Source: Azolla caroliniana
Lineage: Eukaryota > Plantae > Polypodiophyta
Assembly: GCA_043228905.1 (NCBI GenBank)
Contig: JBHGNT010000020.1
Span: forward strand, 10,416,001 to 10,480,000
DNA length: 64,000 bases
Direction: 5' to 3'
The translations under genes and the position numbers were made by a program. This document shows positions 24,758 through 38,400 of this stretch, in pieces (the first letter of the stretch is position 1; every line of letters starts with the position of its first letter). The notes under the pieces are model-generated. The model was not told the DNA's origin. It saw only the letters and a list, made by a program, of their open reading frames with translations, and made no database searches.

Positions 24758-26674
24758 GCAAGTATGGGTCAAAGTATAAATTATAACTCATTTTATTAGT
24801 ATGGTTACAAGTACACCTCATATTTTTGTAACACTTACCAAATTAATATAAGTCTTTAACTTAGTGTTTCCCATGTCGCACATTAGTGACATATTGAGCC
24901 ATTGTTGAAATTTATTATGCCTACATTAACTTATCAACACGTCCAAATTTGCATGATTTCTAATGATCTCCACTCGTAGACCTATCATGTATTTTTATAT
25001 TTGCAAATTCTAATCAAGTTGTGGAACATGTGATACTAGTGCATCCAATTTTTGTAGAGAGGGTATATTTGGATAGTTTCAAGAAGATTCTACAAGTGGA
25101 ATGCGCAATCCTTCCACTTGTGAACGCGAACGTGTTGAACATGATTCTCAAACAGAGACTAACTCCCAATGTTGCTCTTACACACCAACTTGGTTATCTA
25201 TGCAATCTTGGGGAGAGAGGAGAATTGGTGGCTCCAATGGCCTAATTCTGCAATTTATCTCCTTGTATTTCAATGCTCTCTCTCTCTCTCTCTCTTATTT
25301 GTGGATGAAAAATCACAATTAGTTTAATAAATGTGTGTGAAGAAAACTACACTAGTACCACAACTTAGTGGTGTCATTGCTACAAGGATAATGGGACATG
25401 TTGAATCGCAAATAGGCAAGAAGGAGACTCCACTGAGGAAAGAATTTCGACTTGTTGAAATAATCAAAATTGTCGTATCAATACTATCAACTTTCATAGA
25501 TATGCTCTAACTCCAAGTCTACTATTAAATATAGAGCATTGTGCAAATCCCAATTATGATGCAATCCCTAATATCTCAAAAAACGAAAATGATCTCTGTT
25601 AGAGCTTAATTGTAATGTGAGCATAAGATACTTAGGAAATATAAAATAATTATAAAGAGAAGAGAGAGAAAGAAGGGTGTTGATCCACCCGACCACCCCC
25701 GAGCGAAGGGATCAAGATGGACTCGAGCCTCGATCTGCATCCCATACCATTGTTGTGACATCGAGTCGTACTTGGTATTGGCACGCTCGCTACAAGAGTT
25801 GATCACCACAAGATCAGAGTCTCGATGTAGTCGATAATGTATCAAATGAGGGTGGCTAGGTCTCATATTTATTGCTAGACCTAAGGCCCCCATGCAAATT
25901 CACACTTGGCCTTAATGGGTTGTCTCAATCCCTAGGATTAAAAGTAATCCTCCCTTCTTTACACCCTCGGTTAACCCTCACCAGTTATCCTCGTGTGTAG
26001 AATACTACGACACAAGTTACCGTGGGATATTATATGGTCATGCCTATAACATACTCCCCCCTCTTTAAAACATTGCACTCTTGTAATGAAAAGTTAGGGA
26101 AGCTAGTTTAAAGAGTATTTTCTCGTTTCCATGTAGCATCTCTCATAGACTTATCCATCCATTTAATTTTAAATTCTCGTATTATTTTAGAACGCAAATG
26201 TTTCGTTTTAACATTGAGAATTCTCTCTAGTACATGTGCTTTAGAAGCTAAATCTTCAGAAGTAACCAGAGTTTCAGTTGTAACAGTATTGTTCCCAGAA
26301 CCAAAAAGTTCTTTTAGACGACTTACATGAAAAACTAGATGGATTTCGACACCATCAGGAAGAGCAAGACGATAGGTGGATGAACCAATGCATTTGAGGA
26401 CTGTAAAAGGTCCACAAAACCATAGGGCTAACTTAGCACACTTACCCGTAGACAATGTTTTAGAATTGTGAGGTACACGTAGAAATACCTTCTGTCCAAG
26501 GTTGAATACACGAGGTTGCCAATTATGGTCGAGATAAAAACGTGCTCTATGTTGAGTAGTTTTTATATTATCTCGTGCAATATGCAACATATCTTGCATA
26601 TGCCTTAGAAAGTTTTGCATACTTCGCAACTCATCATGATGTATATTAACATCAATCAAGGCTCGTGGCTGAAA

Positions 26675-26845
26675 TGTCGAATACATGTGTATAATGGACG
26701 TATTCACATTATCCCGTTTTGGCCATTTATGTAATTAGCATAAAGGGTAGTTGCCCTAAGTCGGTCTCTATATATAGTGACCTTGTAACCTCTTTGTGAG
26801 GTTGGTTGTTGTATTATTGCTTTGTGAAATAAAGAGTCTTTTGTG

Positions 26846-26882
<37 letters not shown>

Positions 26883-29800
26883 AACGACCTAGAAACTGTC
26901 ATACGCAGGGAATAAACAGGAAACGAGTGCTTCTTGATCTTCCGCACTGACGACATTGCTTCCAACATCTGGTATCAGAGCAGAGGTTCGGCCGTCATCA
27001 CCGCCTGCACAGCATTCGGTTCTTCACTTCATCACGGCCTGCACAGTATTCGCGTCATTCGAAGAAAGAGAGAAGAAGAACAAAAACGAGGTTTGCACCT
27101 CATCGCGTTAGATCCTCTTGCTTGGAGTAAGCCTTCAGGTTGTACTCTGTTCCTTGTGATCGTAACCACTCGAGGTGAAATCCCCTTGTGCAACATCGAC
27201 ACGATCGTGCTCCATTCGGTTAAACGGCATCCGAAGAGGTCACCAAACGCTGCTCGTTGTAACCACTCGGTGCAGATCGGTCTCAAGACAACAACCCCAA
27301 TTCGTGCTTCATCCGGCTGATCGACATTCGAGAGGATCAGTTGGATCTGTCTCTCTCGTCACTGCAGCCACCCGAAGCAGAATCGGTCCAGATAATCGGT
27401 TTCAATAATCGGTATTCGGCATATATATCCGAAGCGAACCGGGCTCACTCCGACTCGGCAACATTCGGGAAGACCAGTCGGTTCTGTCCCTCAAGCTACC
27501 GGAGTCAATTCGAGCAAGTTCAACAATATATATATCCTAAGCCGAACCGACTCGGGTTCAAATCCGACTAGAACGATATCGGGTGAGCCAACCGGCTGCA
27601 CTCCAACAAGGTTCGTAGTCAACTTCGAACCGAGCTTCGTCAACCGAAACCGAATTTGATGGCATCAACATCCGGCTCGTCAGAAATGAGTCTACGAAAG
27701 TTCGATGGATCGAACTTCAACTTCTGGAAGGAACAAATGCAGGACTATCTCATAGTCAAGGGGCAAATCGATCCCATCGAAAATGAAGAACCCCCAGAAG
27801 GATACAAACCAATTGAGTGGCAGAAGCTGGACAGAATTGTCCGCGCCACGATTCGGATGCACCTATCGGAATCGGTATACTTTACGGTGCAATCGTGTAC
27901 GACAGCATTCGAACTGTGGAAAACACTGTCGGACACTTACGAAAAGAAGGTCGCCGCAACGAAGATGTTTCTGATCCGGCGCCTCTACAACTTGCGGATG
28001 AAAGAATCCGATTCGGTTCAGGCACACCTCAATGAGTACGAAAGCATCAGCTCCCAAATCTCATCTCAGGGGACGGCAATCGAGGATGAACTCAGAGCAA
28101 TGATACTCATGAGCAGCCTTCCCTCATCATGGGAAACTTTCGTCACAACTGTGTGCAACGCGTCAACCACGGCTGTTAAATACTCCGAAGTCACGAGCGC
28201 AATCCTGACCGAAGCAGCTCGGAGAAAGTCTTTCGCCAAAGACTCAACAGAAGACGCTTATGTAGTACAAGGTTCGACAGACCGATCGAACATACGAGGA
28301 AGAGATTCCTCACGACCGCCGAACAATCAGCGAAGACGGAGCCAGTCACGGGATAACCGAATCTGCAACTATTGCAAGAAACCCGGACACATCAAAGCCG
28401 ACTGCCGCGCACTCAAGAACAAGAACAGCAAGAAGAGTGGCCGGCATGAGGAGGTCAATTACGTCAGCTTCTCAGCTGATGTACTACCGGACGACCCGAA
28501 TATACTATCAATCGAAAATCCAGTCGGATCAGAAGTTCTACTCACGACTGAAGAATCGAGCACATCGCTCTTAGATTCGGGCGCGTCATTTCACGTGACT
28601 CCTCATCGATCCCAATTTCGGCAATACACGATCCGTCACTCCGACTCAGTTCGGGTCGGTAACTCACAACACTGTGACATCGTCGGAATCGGCACAGTAG
28701 AGCTCAACCTTGCAGGGGGCTCTACACTTGTACTCCACAATGTCCGACATGTACCCGAGCTCACAAGGCCATTGATCTCAGTCGGACAACTAGATGAAGA
28801 CGGCATTCGTGCCGGTTTTTCTTCGGGAGGGTGGACACTCCACAGGGGGAACCTCCTGCTTGCTAGAGGACCCAAGATACACTCACTGTATCCGTTACAT
28901 GTTACGCTCAGAGAGGGTAACCTGTTTTTGGTGGATATTCCTGTGTCATCATTATGGCACCGAAGATTAGGACACCTCAGCAAGACCGGCATCACGCACC
29001 TATCTAGAGCCGGATACATCCCCAAACTCTCCTTCTCGGACCATCAATTCTGCGAGCATTGCCAGTATGGCAAACAAGCAGCCGCATCACACCCGACATC
29101 AGCACCAAGAGAAACGAGACCTCTCGATTTGATCCACTCGGACGTCTGTGGCCCAATGCCGCATCAGTCTCTTGGCGGTGCCTCTTACTTCGTCACTTTT
29201 ATTGACGATTCGACTCGAAAGGTGTGGGCGTATCCAATTCGCACCAAAGATCGTGTTTTCTCGATCTTCTCAGATTGGCTCGCTATGGTAGAAAATCAAA
29301 CCGACCGAAAGCTGAAATGCCTTCGGACCGACAATGGGGGAGAGTTCAAATCAGAAGAATTCGTCAAATTCTGCCGACAACGCGGCATCCGACGTGAATT
29401 TACGGCACCACACAGTCCGGAGCAAAACGGGATTGCAGAACGTATGAATCGGACAATCCAAGAAAGGATAGTTTCCATGCTCCAACACTCCAGACTGTCA
29501 GATGGCTTCTGGGCAGAGGCTCTACTCACGGCAGTACACATAATCAATATGTCGCCAAGTAGACCTCTAGGACTTCAAATTCCTCAGGAACTATGGATCG
29601 GCAGTAAGCCGAATTACGACAAGCTGAGGATCTTCGGATGCGAGGCGTACGCCCTTATTCCGAAAGATGATCGCCGAAAACTTGCACCTCGGTCCAGGAA
29701 ATGCATTTTCCTTGGATATGGATCAGACGGCGAAATGGGATACCGACTCTGGGACCCCGAACGCAGACAAATCGTTCGAAGTTCGGACGTTGTGTTCAAC

Positions 29801-32037
29801 GAGTCGGCTATGAATCCATCAGTCGAAAAACCGATCGAAGTCCGAAGGGTAACATTCTCCGATGTGCCGACCCTTCAAGAAGGCCCCGCTCTCAACACAC
29901 GGTCAGCTTCACGGGTAGCTGAACCTTATACTACCGACTCGGACAACTCTGACTCGGCACAGCCGAATGATTCGGTTTCGGACCATCCGACCTCGATACC
30001 CGATGCGACCAGTCCAATCATACCTCGACGATCCGAGAGACTGTCGCAACCTCCGGAGAGGTATTCTCCTGGAATTTTCTTCACCGACGCCGGCGAACCG
30101 ACGTCTTACGAAGAAGCATCGACATCTGTCGATTCCGCCACCTGGCATCTGGCGATGGAGTCGGAAATGCACTCCATTCGGGCAAACAAGACTTGGGATC
30201 TGGTCGAATTACCTAGGAACCGACGTGCTCTTCCTTGCAAGTGGGTTTATCGACTAAAAGAGACGTCTGATTCGACCACCCCAAAGTACAAGGCCAGATT
30301 AGTTGCGAAGGGCTTCCGACAAGAATATGGCGTCGACTTCGACGAGATTTTTTCACCAGTGGTGAAAATGACAACCCTTCGTTTCCTACTCGGCGTAGTG
30401 GCAGCCGACAACTTGGAGCTGATTCAGCTAGATGTCAAAACAGCCTTCCTCCATGGTGATCTCGAGGAGGAAATTTATATGGAGCAGCCAAAAGGCTTCG
30501 TGGCAACCGGCCAAGAACATCTAGTCTGCCGACTCAGGAAGAGTCTATACGGCCTCAAACAGGCACCGCGACAATGGTACAAGAAGTTCGACGACTTCAT
30601 CCAATCGATCGGCTTCTCCAAAAGCGATGAGGACCATTGTCTCTTCACCAACACAGCTCAAGATGGATCACCCATCTTCCTCATCATTTACGTGGACGAC
30701 ATGCTAATTTCTGGACGCCACGCGGGCGAACTTGCCGATCTCATTCGGCAACTGCGGTTGAAGTTTGCCATGAAGGACCTCGGTCCGGCACGACACATCC
30801 TTGGCATGAAGATTAGTCGGCATCGCGATAAACGACATCTTTTTCTGTCTCAGACCGACTATATCCGACGTGTCTTAGAACGCTTCAACATGCAATCAGC
30901 CAAATCTGCTTCAACCCCGCTCCCTATGAATCTTCGGCTCTCTCAGCGAGACTGCCCGACATCCGGTCCGGAGGGGGAAGATATGAAGTCGGTACCGTAT
31001 GCACCGGCAGTCGGCTCTCTTATGTACCTGATGGTCGCGACACGGCCTGATATTTCTCACGCCGTAGGAGTCGTTAGCAGATTTATGCATAACCCTGGCC
31101 GATCGCATTGGAACGCAGTCAAGCATGTGTTCAGATATCTGACTGGCACAAAAGACCATGGCATTCTTTTCGGTCCGAACCGAACCTCAGGCGTAGTCGG
31201 TTACACCGACTCGGACTTCGCCGGCTGTATAGACAGTCGGAAATCTACAACCGGATACTGCTTCAAATTCGGCAATGGAGCAATCTCGTGGAAATCGAAA
31301 CTTCAGGAGTGCACAGCGACCTCAACGACCGAAGCAGAATATGTAGCTGCGTCCGACGCAGCAAAAGAAGCTTTAAGGCTCGGTCGGCTGGCGCACACGT
31401 TTCGACAAGTCGACCATGACTCGGCTCCAGTTGTCTACAGCGACAGTCAAGGTGCTGTTGCCTTGTCGAAAAATCCGGTTCACCACAACGCCTCCAAACA
31501 TATCGACGTTCGATATCACTTCGTTCGGGACTGCGTCATTTCAGGGAAAATCGGTCTAGAGAAAATATCCACAACCGACAATGTCGCAGATGGAATGACC
31601 AAATGTCTTTCGGCAGACCGTTTTCGGTCTCTTCGGCATCAGATGGGCGTAACGACAAACCAGTCCGGTTAGAGCCGGACACAGAGCAGGATGGTTCCCG
31701 ACAACCGACATCAGTTCCTTAATGATCGGCTTCAACACGTCCGACCCGACCAGTTCGGTCTTCTGCCTTCGGACCCTGCCGACTCGAACAAAGCTGATAT
31801 GTCCGAGAATCTAAGTCCATACCTGCAATCTTAGATAACCCATTGTATACGCCCATTACGGGGGAGTGTCGAATACATGTGTATAATGGACGTATTCACA
31901 TTATCCCGTTTTGGCCATTTATGTAATTAGCATAAAGGGTAGTTGCCCTAAGTCGGTCTCTATATATAGTGACCTTGTAACCTCTTTGTGAGGTTGGTTG
32001 TTGTATTATTGCTTTGTGAAATAAAGAGTCTTTTGTG

Positions 32038-32076
<39 letters not shown>

Positions 32077-32161
32077 AACGACCTAGAAACTGTCATACGC
32101 AGGGAATAAACAGGAAACGAGTGCTTCTTGATCTTCCGCACTGACGACATTGCTTCCAACA
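26675..32161 (+). mobile_element. Intact Ty1/Copia LTR retrotransposon (copy A); LTRs 26675-26967 and 31867-32161
   Basis: TG...CA LTRs near-identical (CT tract differs); TSD TGAAA; PBS TGGTATCAGAGC (tRNA-iMet) at 26970; PPT before 31867. Confidence 0.97.
27659..31672 (+). CDS. Copia gag-pol polyprotein (gag, PR, INT, RT, RNase H)
   Basis: Uninterrupted ORF; CNYCKKPGHIKADC, LDSGAS, WHRRLGH, HSDVCGP, YVDD, KHIDVRYHF. Confidence 0.97.
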   Translation: MASTSGSSEMSLRKFDGSNFNFWKEQMQDYLIVKGQIDPIENEEPPEGYKPIEWQKLDRIVRATIRMHLSESVYFTVQSCTTAFELWKTLSDTYEKKVAATKMFLIRRLYNLRMKESDSVQAHLNEYESISSQISSQGTAIEDELRAMILMSSLPSSWETFVTTVCNASTTAVKYSEVTSAILTEAARRKSFAKDSTEDAYVVQGSTDRSNIRGRDSSRPPNNQRRRSQSRDNRICNYCKKPGHIKADCRALKNKNSKKSGRHEEVNYVSFSADVLPDDPNILSIENPVGSEVLLTTEESSTSLLDSGASFHVTPHRSQFRQYTIRHSDSVRVGNSQHCDIVGIGTVELNLAGGSTLVLHNVRHVPELTRPLISVGQLDEDGIRAGFSSGGWTLHRGNLLLARGPKIHSLYPLHVTLREGNLFLVDIPVSSLWHRRLGHLSKTGITHLSRAGYIPKLSFSDHQFCEHCQYGKQAAASHPTSAPRETRPLDLIHSDVCGPMPHQSLGGASYFVTFIDDSTRKVWAYPIRTKDRVFSIFSDWLAMVENQTDRKLKCLRTDNGGEFKSEEFVKFCRQRGIRREFTAPHSPEQNGIAERMNRTIQERIVSMLQHSRLSDGFWAEALLTAVHIINMSPSRPLGLQIPQELWIGSKPNYDKLRIFGCEAYALIPKDDRRKLAPRSRKCIFLGYGSDGEMGYRLWDPERRQIVRSSDVVFNESAMNPSVEKPIEVRRVTFSDVPTLQEGPALNTRSASRVAEPYTTDSDNSDSAQPNDSVSDHPTSIPDATSPIIPRRSERLSQPPERYSPGIFFTDAGEPTSYEEASTSVDSATWHLAMESEMHSIRANKTWDLVELPRNRRALPCKWVYRLKETSDSTTPKYKARLVAKGFRQEYGVDFDEIFSPVVKMTTLRFLLGVVAADNLELIQLDVKTAFLHGDLEEEIYMEQPKGFVATGQEHLVCRLRKSLYGLKQAPRQWYKKFDDFIQSIGFSKSDEDHCLFTNTAQDGSPIFLIIYVDDMLISGRHAGELADLIRQLRLKFAMKDLGPARHILGMKISRHRDKRHLFLSQTDYIRRVLERFNMQSAKSASTPLPMNLRLSQRDCPTSGPEGEDMKSVPYAPAVGSLMYLMVATRPDISHAVGVVSRFMHNPGRSHWNAVKHVFRYLTGTKDHGILFGPNRTSGVVGYTDSDFAGCIDSRKSTTGYCFKFGNGAISWKSKLQECTATSTTEAEYVAASDAAKEALRLGRLAHTFRQVDHDSAPVVYSDSQGAVALSKNPVHHNASKHIDVRYHFVRDCVISGKIGLEKISTTDNVADGMTKCLSADRFRSLRHQMGVTTNQSG

Positions 32162-32417
32162 TGAAAACCATACATAAACATAAAAGGACTATATCCCATC
32201 CATTTAGTTTGGAACTGTTGTAAGAAAACTCCAAAATTGGGAGATAACGTTCCCGTTTGTTGCTTTGCGGAGTAGCTAGCGGGCACTACGCTGGAGAAGC
32301 AACGATTAGGAAAATCTGGCAGAGTGGCTTGTGCTGGCCAACCACCCTGAAGGATTCAATAAGGTATTGCCACGAATGTGATTTATGTTAGAGGATGGGC
32401 CAACCCACCGAGCACGT

Positions 32418-35400
32418 TGTCGAGGTATTCCTCGCGGATGTGTGGAATGAGGCGAGACCTCGGGGGTCCTGTACCGAAGAGCAAGAGAGAAAGGAGAAGA
32501 GACCCACTACGTGTGAGCGTAGATCCACAGGGACAGGGCCCTTCGACACGAAGACGCGAGCGTGGAGACCAACACAGAGAGGCACAACGGTATGTAAGTA
32601 TATATTAACAAAGACAAACAACAAAACACGAAGTCGGTTACAACCGAACAGGCCGGCGAACAGATGTCGATGCTTGTTCGCAAACGCGCAGAAAGGAAGG
32701 AGTAGGTTGGAGGTGCTGCCGGAAGCACTCGGGCATTCCTCAGAGCAGCGCGAGCCTCACGAAACCTGCACAGAAAGAAGCTACGGAGAGTATGGAAGAG
32801 AGAGAAGCCTTCGACCGACAGCCCAACAACACTTCGTCCTCTCTGATTCTCGATCCCCTCTCCCCTCCTCGTCTCCCTCCTTTTATAGGCAAGGAAGGAG
32901 TCGTTTCCTATTAACTTCCTACCTACCGAATCTACCTACCTAGGATCTTCTATGTACAACATAGGCGTACGTGTATGAAGAGCCGGTTCCTATGCTCCGG
33001 CGCACCGATTCCGCTTGTGGACGGTTTTCTTCACGACATCCGCCCCCACCTAACCGCGCATCCACCGGCATGCGCCAAATTGAGTTGGGACGGAGAAAAC
33101 CGGTCCAGCCTTTATTCCCCGCCCGTCGGTTCTTCTTCGGTTTCGGATCGTTCGTCGTCCCGGTCCAGGTTATCCGGATCCGGCTCGTCGACGTGACGCT
33201 TCTTGAACGCTTTGATCCGCTTCCCAGCTACCGGTATCGCCATTCTCGTGCCGTCGAGTTCCGCCAGATGGTACGTCCCGTTGACGTTGGCGCTTTGTAC
33301 CACGTAAGGCCCGAACCACCTTCTTGCGAACTTCCGTGTCGCTCGGTGCTGGTTGTCGAGGCTGCTGGCGTAGACTAGCACCCAGTCGCCTTCCTCGATC
33401 TTCTTTGGTCGGAGCCGGTGCGTTCGGTCGAACCGGGCTTTGTTCCTCGTCCTTGCCACCCGAAGCTTTTCCGTAGCCTACTCTACGTCCTCCGGTCTTC
33501 GTTCGAGCTGTCGTATGCGCGCCGCCAACAGTTCCTCCCGGCTCATCTCGTCTCTCCAGTCCACGGTTGCCCATGAGGAGATTGTACGTTCCATCGGCAT
33601 GATCGGCTTCTGCCCAAACATGAGCTCTGCCGGCATGAATCCGGTTATCGAACTGTGCGTAATTCGGTCCGCCCACAATGCGTAAGGCAACAGCTGCGGC
33701 CAGTTCCCGACTTGACCTCCGCACGCCCGAACTAACGCCTTGACGATCGGTCCGTGTCCGCGCTCCACCTTCCCATTCGCCTCCGGATTGTACGCAGTGG
33801 TAAGCGAGAGCTTGACTCCTAGCCGGTCGAACAGCTCCTCGGCCTCTTCGGCGGCCAACTCCCCGCGATCAGCCATGATCTTCCCGACGCACCCGTACCG
33901 GCATATCACGTCCTCGATCAGGAACCGACATACGGCCGCGGTCGTCTTGTTCTGAAGGGCTCGGCCTTCTACCTGGTTCGTCAGATTTTCCCGAGCCAGG
34001 ACCAGATACCGCATATGTCCTACTCCCATCGGCATCGTCACCAGGTCTACCATCCATTTGAAGTGGATGGTCGGAGGGTACGTAGGGTGAAGCTCGTCCC
34101 GATGTCGGACTACGGAGTGCATCTGACAGCTCTCGCAAGTTGTCACGAACCGATGCACGTCCCGGTACAGTCCCGGCCACCAGTACTTCCCCTTTATCTT
34201 CTCGAACGTGGCCCACGTTCCACGGTGTCCAGCCCAAGGGTTGTTGTGGTAGGCCGTCAGCAGCTCCTCCTGTTCTTCCTTCATCGCCACCACCCGGAGC
34301 GGGACGCCGTTCCTCTTCTTCGGGTGCTTCCATAAGTATCCGTCCCGGAGAAAGAATCGATAAGCTTTCTTCCAGATCCTGTTGGCCTCGTCCTTCGTCC
34401 ATGACGCATCCGGCGTCATTGTCCTAAAAAATCCACCGATCTGGAGCCACTCGCCGTCGTACTTGCTCTCTTCGAAGTCGTTAAGTGCCGGAGTGCTCGT
34501 CCCATCGGTCGTCACGTACGCCGCCTCGAAGAAGTCCACGCCGACTTCTTCGTCCTCCGAAACCATGCCGCCCTCGTCATCAAACCTCGCCCTCGAAAGC
34601 ATGTCGGCCATGGCATTGTCCTTTCCGGAAATGTGCCGTATTTCCGGATCCAGGGACTTGATGTACGCTATCCACCTGAGCATTGCCAGGTCCGGTGTCG
34701 CACATCCGGAAACCATGCCGAGAATTGGCAGGCAATCCGTCTCGATAATCACTTCTGTCCCGATCAGGTAGTCTTTGTCGGCCTTTACTGCCGAAACGAT
34801 ACCCCAGAGTTCGCGTTTAACTTGGGCGTACCCTCGTTGTCGCTCACTGAGGACCTTTGCGCCGAATCGGATCGGGAACCGAATGTCGTCCTTGTTTTCT
34901 TGGTTGACGACCCATCCGATCCCGGTCGGACTCGTATCCACCGTTATGTATACCGGGGTACCCTTCTCATAGACAGCCTTCCGGAGCGCCGGTGCTGCCG
35001 CAAGAGCTTCCTTCAGCTTCCGGACCGACTCCGTGTGCTCGTCTCGCCACTCGAATTTTCGCCCCTTCTTCAGCAACCCGTATAGTGGCTCCGCAACGTG
35101 GGCGTAATGCGGGATCCATATGTGGTAGAACGCGCATGCCCCCAGGAACCTCCGAACTTCCGTAACCGAGCTACACTCGGTCTTCATCGCGGAGATGGCT
35201 TCTACCTTTGCCGGAGACGGCTTCCGGCCATATGGTCCACATAGGTGTCCGACCACCAGGATTTCTGATTGCCCGAAGGCCGATTTCTCCCCGGAGAAGG
35301 TGAGCCTCGCATCCTCTAGCCTTTGTAGCACCTTCTCGCAGTCGCCGATGTGTGTTGCCACGAATCGCCGGCATCCGTCCGGCCCGAGTGTCTTGTCCTT

Positions 35401-38400
35401 CTCTTCCACCGGGCACCCCTTGATAGGGATGTCGTCTAGAAACGGCATGGTGATGTCCGGGATGCAATCCCTCAGTACCTTGTTCATTGCATTCACCATG
35501 TGAGCCACCGAGTTGGTCCCTCCTTGCGGCAGGGTACACATTCGCACTAGGCCGAGGGGGGTTCGCATCGTCATAATGTCTCTGCTCTCCACGGCTAGCT
35601 GGAACTGGTCGTACCCCGAGTACAGATCACCGACCGAGTAAATCGACCTTCCGGCGAAGGCCTCCGCGAACTCGTCTATGGTCGGTCCGATTCCTGCGTT
35701 CCGAATGGTCACTCTGTTGACCGGCTGCAGGTCTTGAATGAAGCGCAATGTTCCGTTTTTCTTTGGTACGGTAAACCATCGGTTCGAGTATGGGGCACTC
35801 GACGGTTCAAGAATGCCCATATCGACTTTCTGCCTCAATAGCTCCATCAACTTCGGGATGTGAGCTCTCGGTACTGGAATCGGCTTGAGATTCCACGGTA
35901 CATGCGGTACCGTGAATATCACCATCAGCTCCACGATTGTCGGGTCTACGCACCCGATCTCTTTCGATGAGAATGCGAAGGCTTTCCCGTGCCTTCCGAG
36001 CATTCTCCGAAACCGGTCTTCCTCCGCCGGCAGTAGGAACCCGCCCCCACCGATCTTGAGCTCCCGGAGCGTCCCGTCGGTGAAGGTGTGTCCTATGCAG
36101 GCCGGATCTCATAAACTGGGGTCCGACGCAACCCCTCTGATTCGGGACTCGCTGCCCTCCGGTAAGGGTGTCGTGACTGGCCTTACCTTCCGGTCCACAG
36201 TCTTCTACTTCGTGCTAACTCGGGCCATCCGATCCGACCCGAGCCCCCGACTGAAATTCGCGATGACTTCGTACATCTCTTCGGAACATACCGGTATCGT
36301 CCAGTCTTCGTTAAGGTCTTCTCCGGCTACCTTCCTCAACATTCCCAAGGTGTCGTCGAAGGAGACCGCCTCCACGGCTCCGCTGATTTCCTCGTCCGGA
36401 CCGAGAACTCCGCACGCTCGAAGTCGCACTTCCGCCCTTGTCTTTTCTCGGCCAACGATGCCGACTATCATACACTCGCCGTTGTCGGAGAAGCAAAATT
36501 ACCTACCTATCGTACAGGGTTCCTTCGGTTTTGGTTCTATCGTACAGTCGTGGGGTCTTTCCCGAGTGTCCGGGCTGTCTCGGCCCCACGCCTTGGCAGC
36601 CCTCTCTAAAAATCCTCCCGGTTCTCGCCACCGAGGGATTCGCGGTTTCGCTTGTGGTTCGGTCGCACCGTCAGAAATTGCACCAAATGGCGCCCGTCCT
36701 GGCTTTTGACCCTCGCGTAGGCCGAACCGTTGTCCAGCACCTTGGTCTCCATCCGCGCCGCCGTGATGTATGGTTCCCCTAATATGACCGGGTGCGAGGA
36801 CGTCTCCTGTACGAAGAAGTGCTGGTCAATCTCGACGTCGCCGATCTTGACTCGCACGTTCGGGCAGGCCCCGTGCAGTTCCTCGGTGGCGCGTGTCGCC
36901 GCCCGTATCTTCCACTCGTGCTTGGTGTTGATCGGCCACTTTCCCTTCTTATAGAAGTCCATGGACATCAGGTTTATTTCCGAACCGTGGTCCACCAATG
37001 CCACCACCGGTTCCTGAACATCTCCGATCTTTACCGAGGTCTCCGTGGTCGCTCGGGCCCAGTGCGGCCTTGAATAGTGGCTCTCCGCCCACTCATCTTC
37101 CAGCGCCATGTCGTCAATGCGCGTCGTCCGCACCTCCACCGGTCTTTCCGGTTCCGTCTCCGTCGACAGCCTCTTCCGTTTCACCAGGTCCACAATGGAG
37201 TCGTGGAACTCCTTCTTGGCGATCCCTAGCACCTCCCGCAATGACAACTCCACTTTGCTGTCGAGGATCCGTTCTTCTAGGAACTTTCGTAGGTCCGTAG
37301 TCCTTTCTATTTCCGTCCCCAGTCGGTATCCGCCCTTCCTGGGGTTATCTTGCGAGTTGGACCCACCGGCATCGTTCTGTCGTTGCCCGAATCGGGTCTC
37401 GTACCGTTGTGAGGGCCCGGCCGCTCCGGTTTTCCCCACCCGTCTGTCTTCTACCAGAGCCTCGTAGTTCCGGCAGGCGGCTTCTACGAATCCCGTCTTC
37501 TCCTCGACCGGATTGCTCCACCCGGTTATTTCCCGGACCCGTCTCTCAGCGCGGTCCGTTTCATCTTTCCTTAGCCGTGCGCCGGCAAGACCTTCCAGCA
37601 TTGCCGACCAGAATCCGTCTTTGCCCTCCTTTCGGGCCTCGCTGCCCCCGATCCGAATGTCGGCCGACGCCGAGTAGTGGATGGCCTCCACGTGTCGGGC
37701 CGCTGCCTCTTCCATCAATCTCTTCATTCCTCCTCGCCCGTCGTTTCGGTTTAGGGCCCTTCTGGTGTCGCCGACGTGCACCCGGCCTTCCCACAGGTAC
37801 ACCACCCGGTTCCTCAACGCTTCTGCGAAATCGCCGCAGTCCTTCCGGATGTGGAGATCCTTGTCGCACCACATGCACCTGTTCCCTGCTGCCGGTCGTC
37901 AGTCACGAGCCAGTTCGCCCGCGTCAACTCCTCCAGCGCTGCTCCTCCGGACGAGCCACTGACCATGCCGGTCGAAGCCGGACCGGTTTCGAGCCATTCC
38001 CGGGTTTCTTCCCTTCGCCCTTGCGGTGCCGGTTCAAGCCTCCTTGCTGTGACAGAGCCCGCACCAGCCGCCCCGTTGTCAGCCCATTCTCGCCGTTTGT
38101 CGAAACGGCCACAGACTCTCTTAACCGCAGCCCAGTCGGTCGTCAGCCCGTCTTCGGTTTCCAGCAAGGAGTCGACTTGATCCCGGTCCCGCTCGTCCAC
38201 CGACTTGACGAACAATAGGACCCGGCTCGTATCCAGAACGGTTCGGTCAAGCGCCGAAAGGCGCGCAAAGCGTTCCTCGAACTCCCGGAGGAGTGCCGAC
38301 GCGTTTCATCCCTTGCCGGGGGACTCCACCCACTCCATGAAGTCCCGTTTCGAAAGCCGGAGCGCGTCGTCCAGCCCGTATTTTTCTAGGAGTCGACCTT

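Larger units (their letters stand above)
25597..32270 (-). mobile_element. Truncated chromoviral Ty3/Gypsy (3' LTR 25597-26051, PPT, integrase C-terminus + chromodomain), interrupted by Copia A
   Basis: TGTTAG...TATAACA LTR; PPT (TACTCCCCCCTC on +) at 26052; WFCGPFTV...VFHVSRLK and ERILNVK...FKIKW...ATW chromodomain; integrase continues at 32167-32270 (EFSYNSS, YSPFMFMYGF). Confidence 0.8.

Noticed and set aside
32395-32943. 182-aa ORF (and 268-aa ORF at 38450-39256)
   Set aside because: Antisense read-through of the Gypsy LTRs; no domain and no independent start context.
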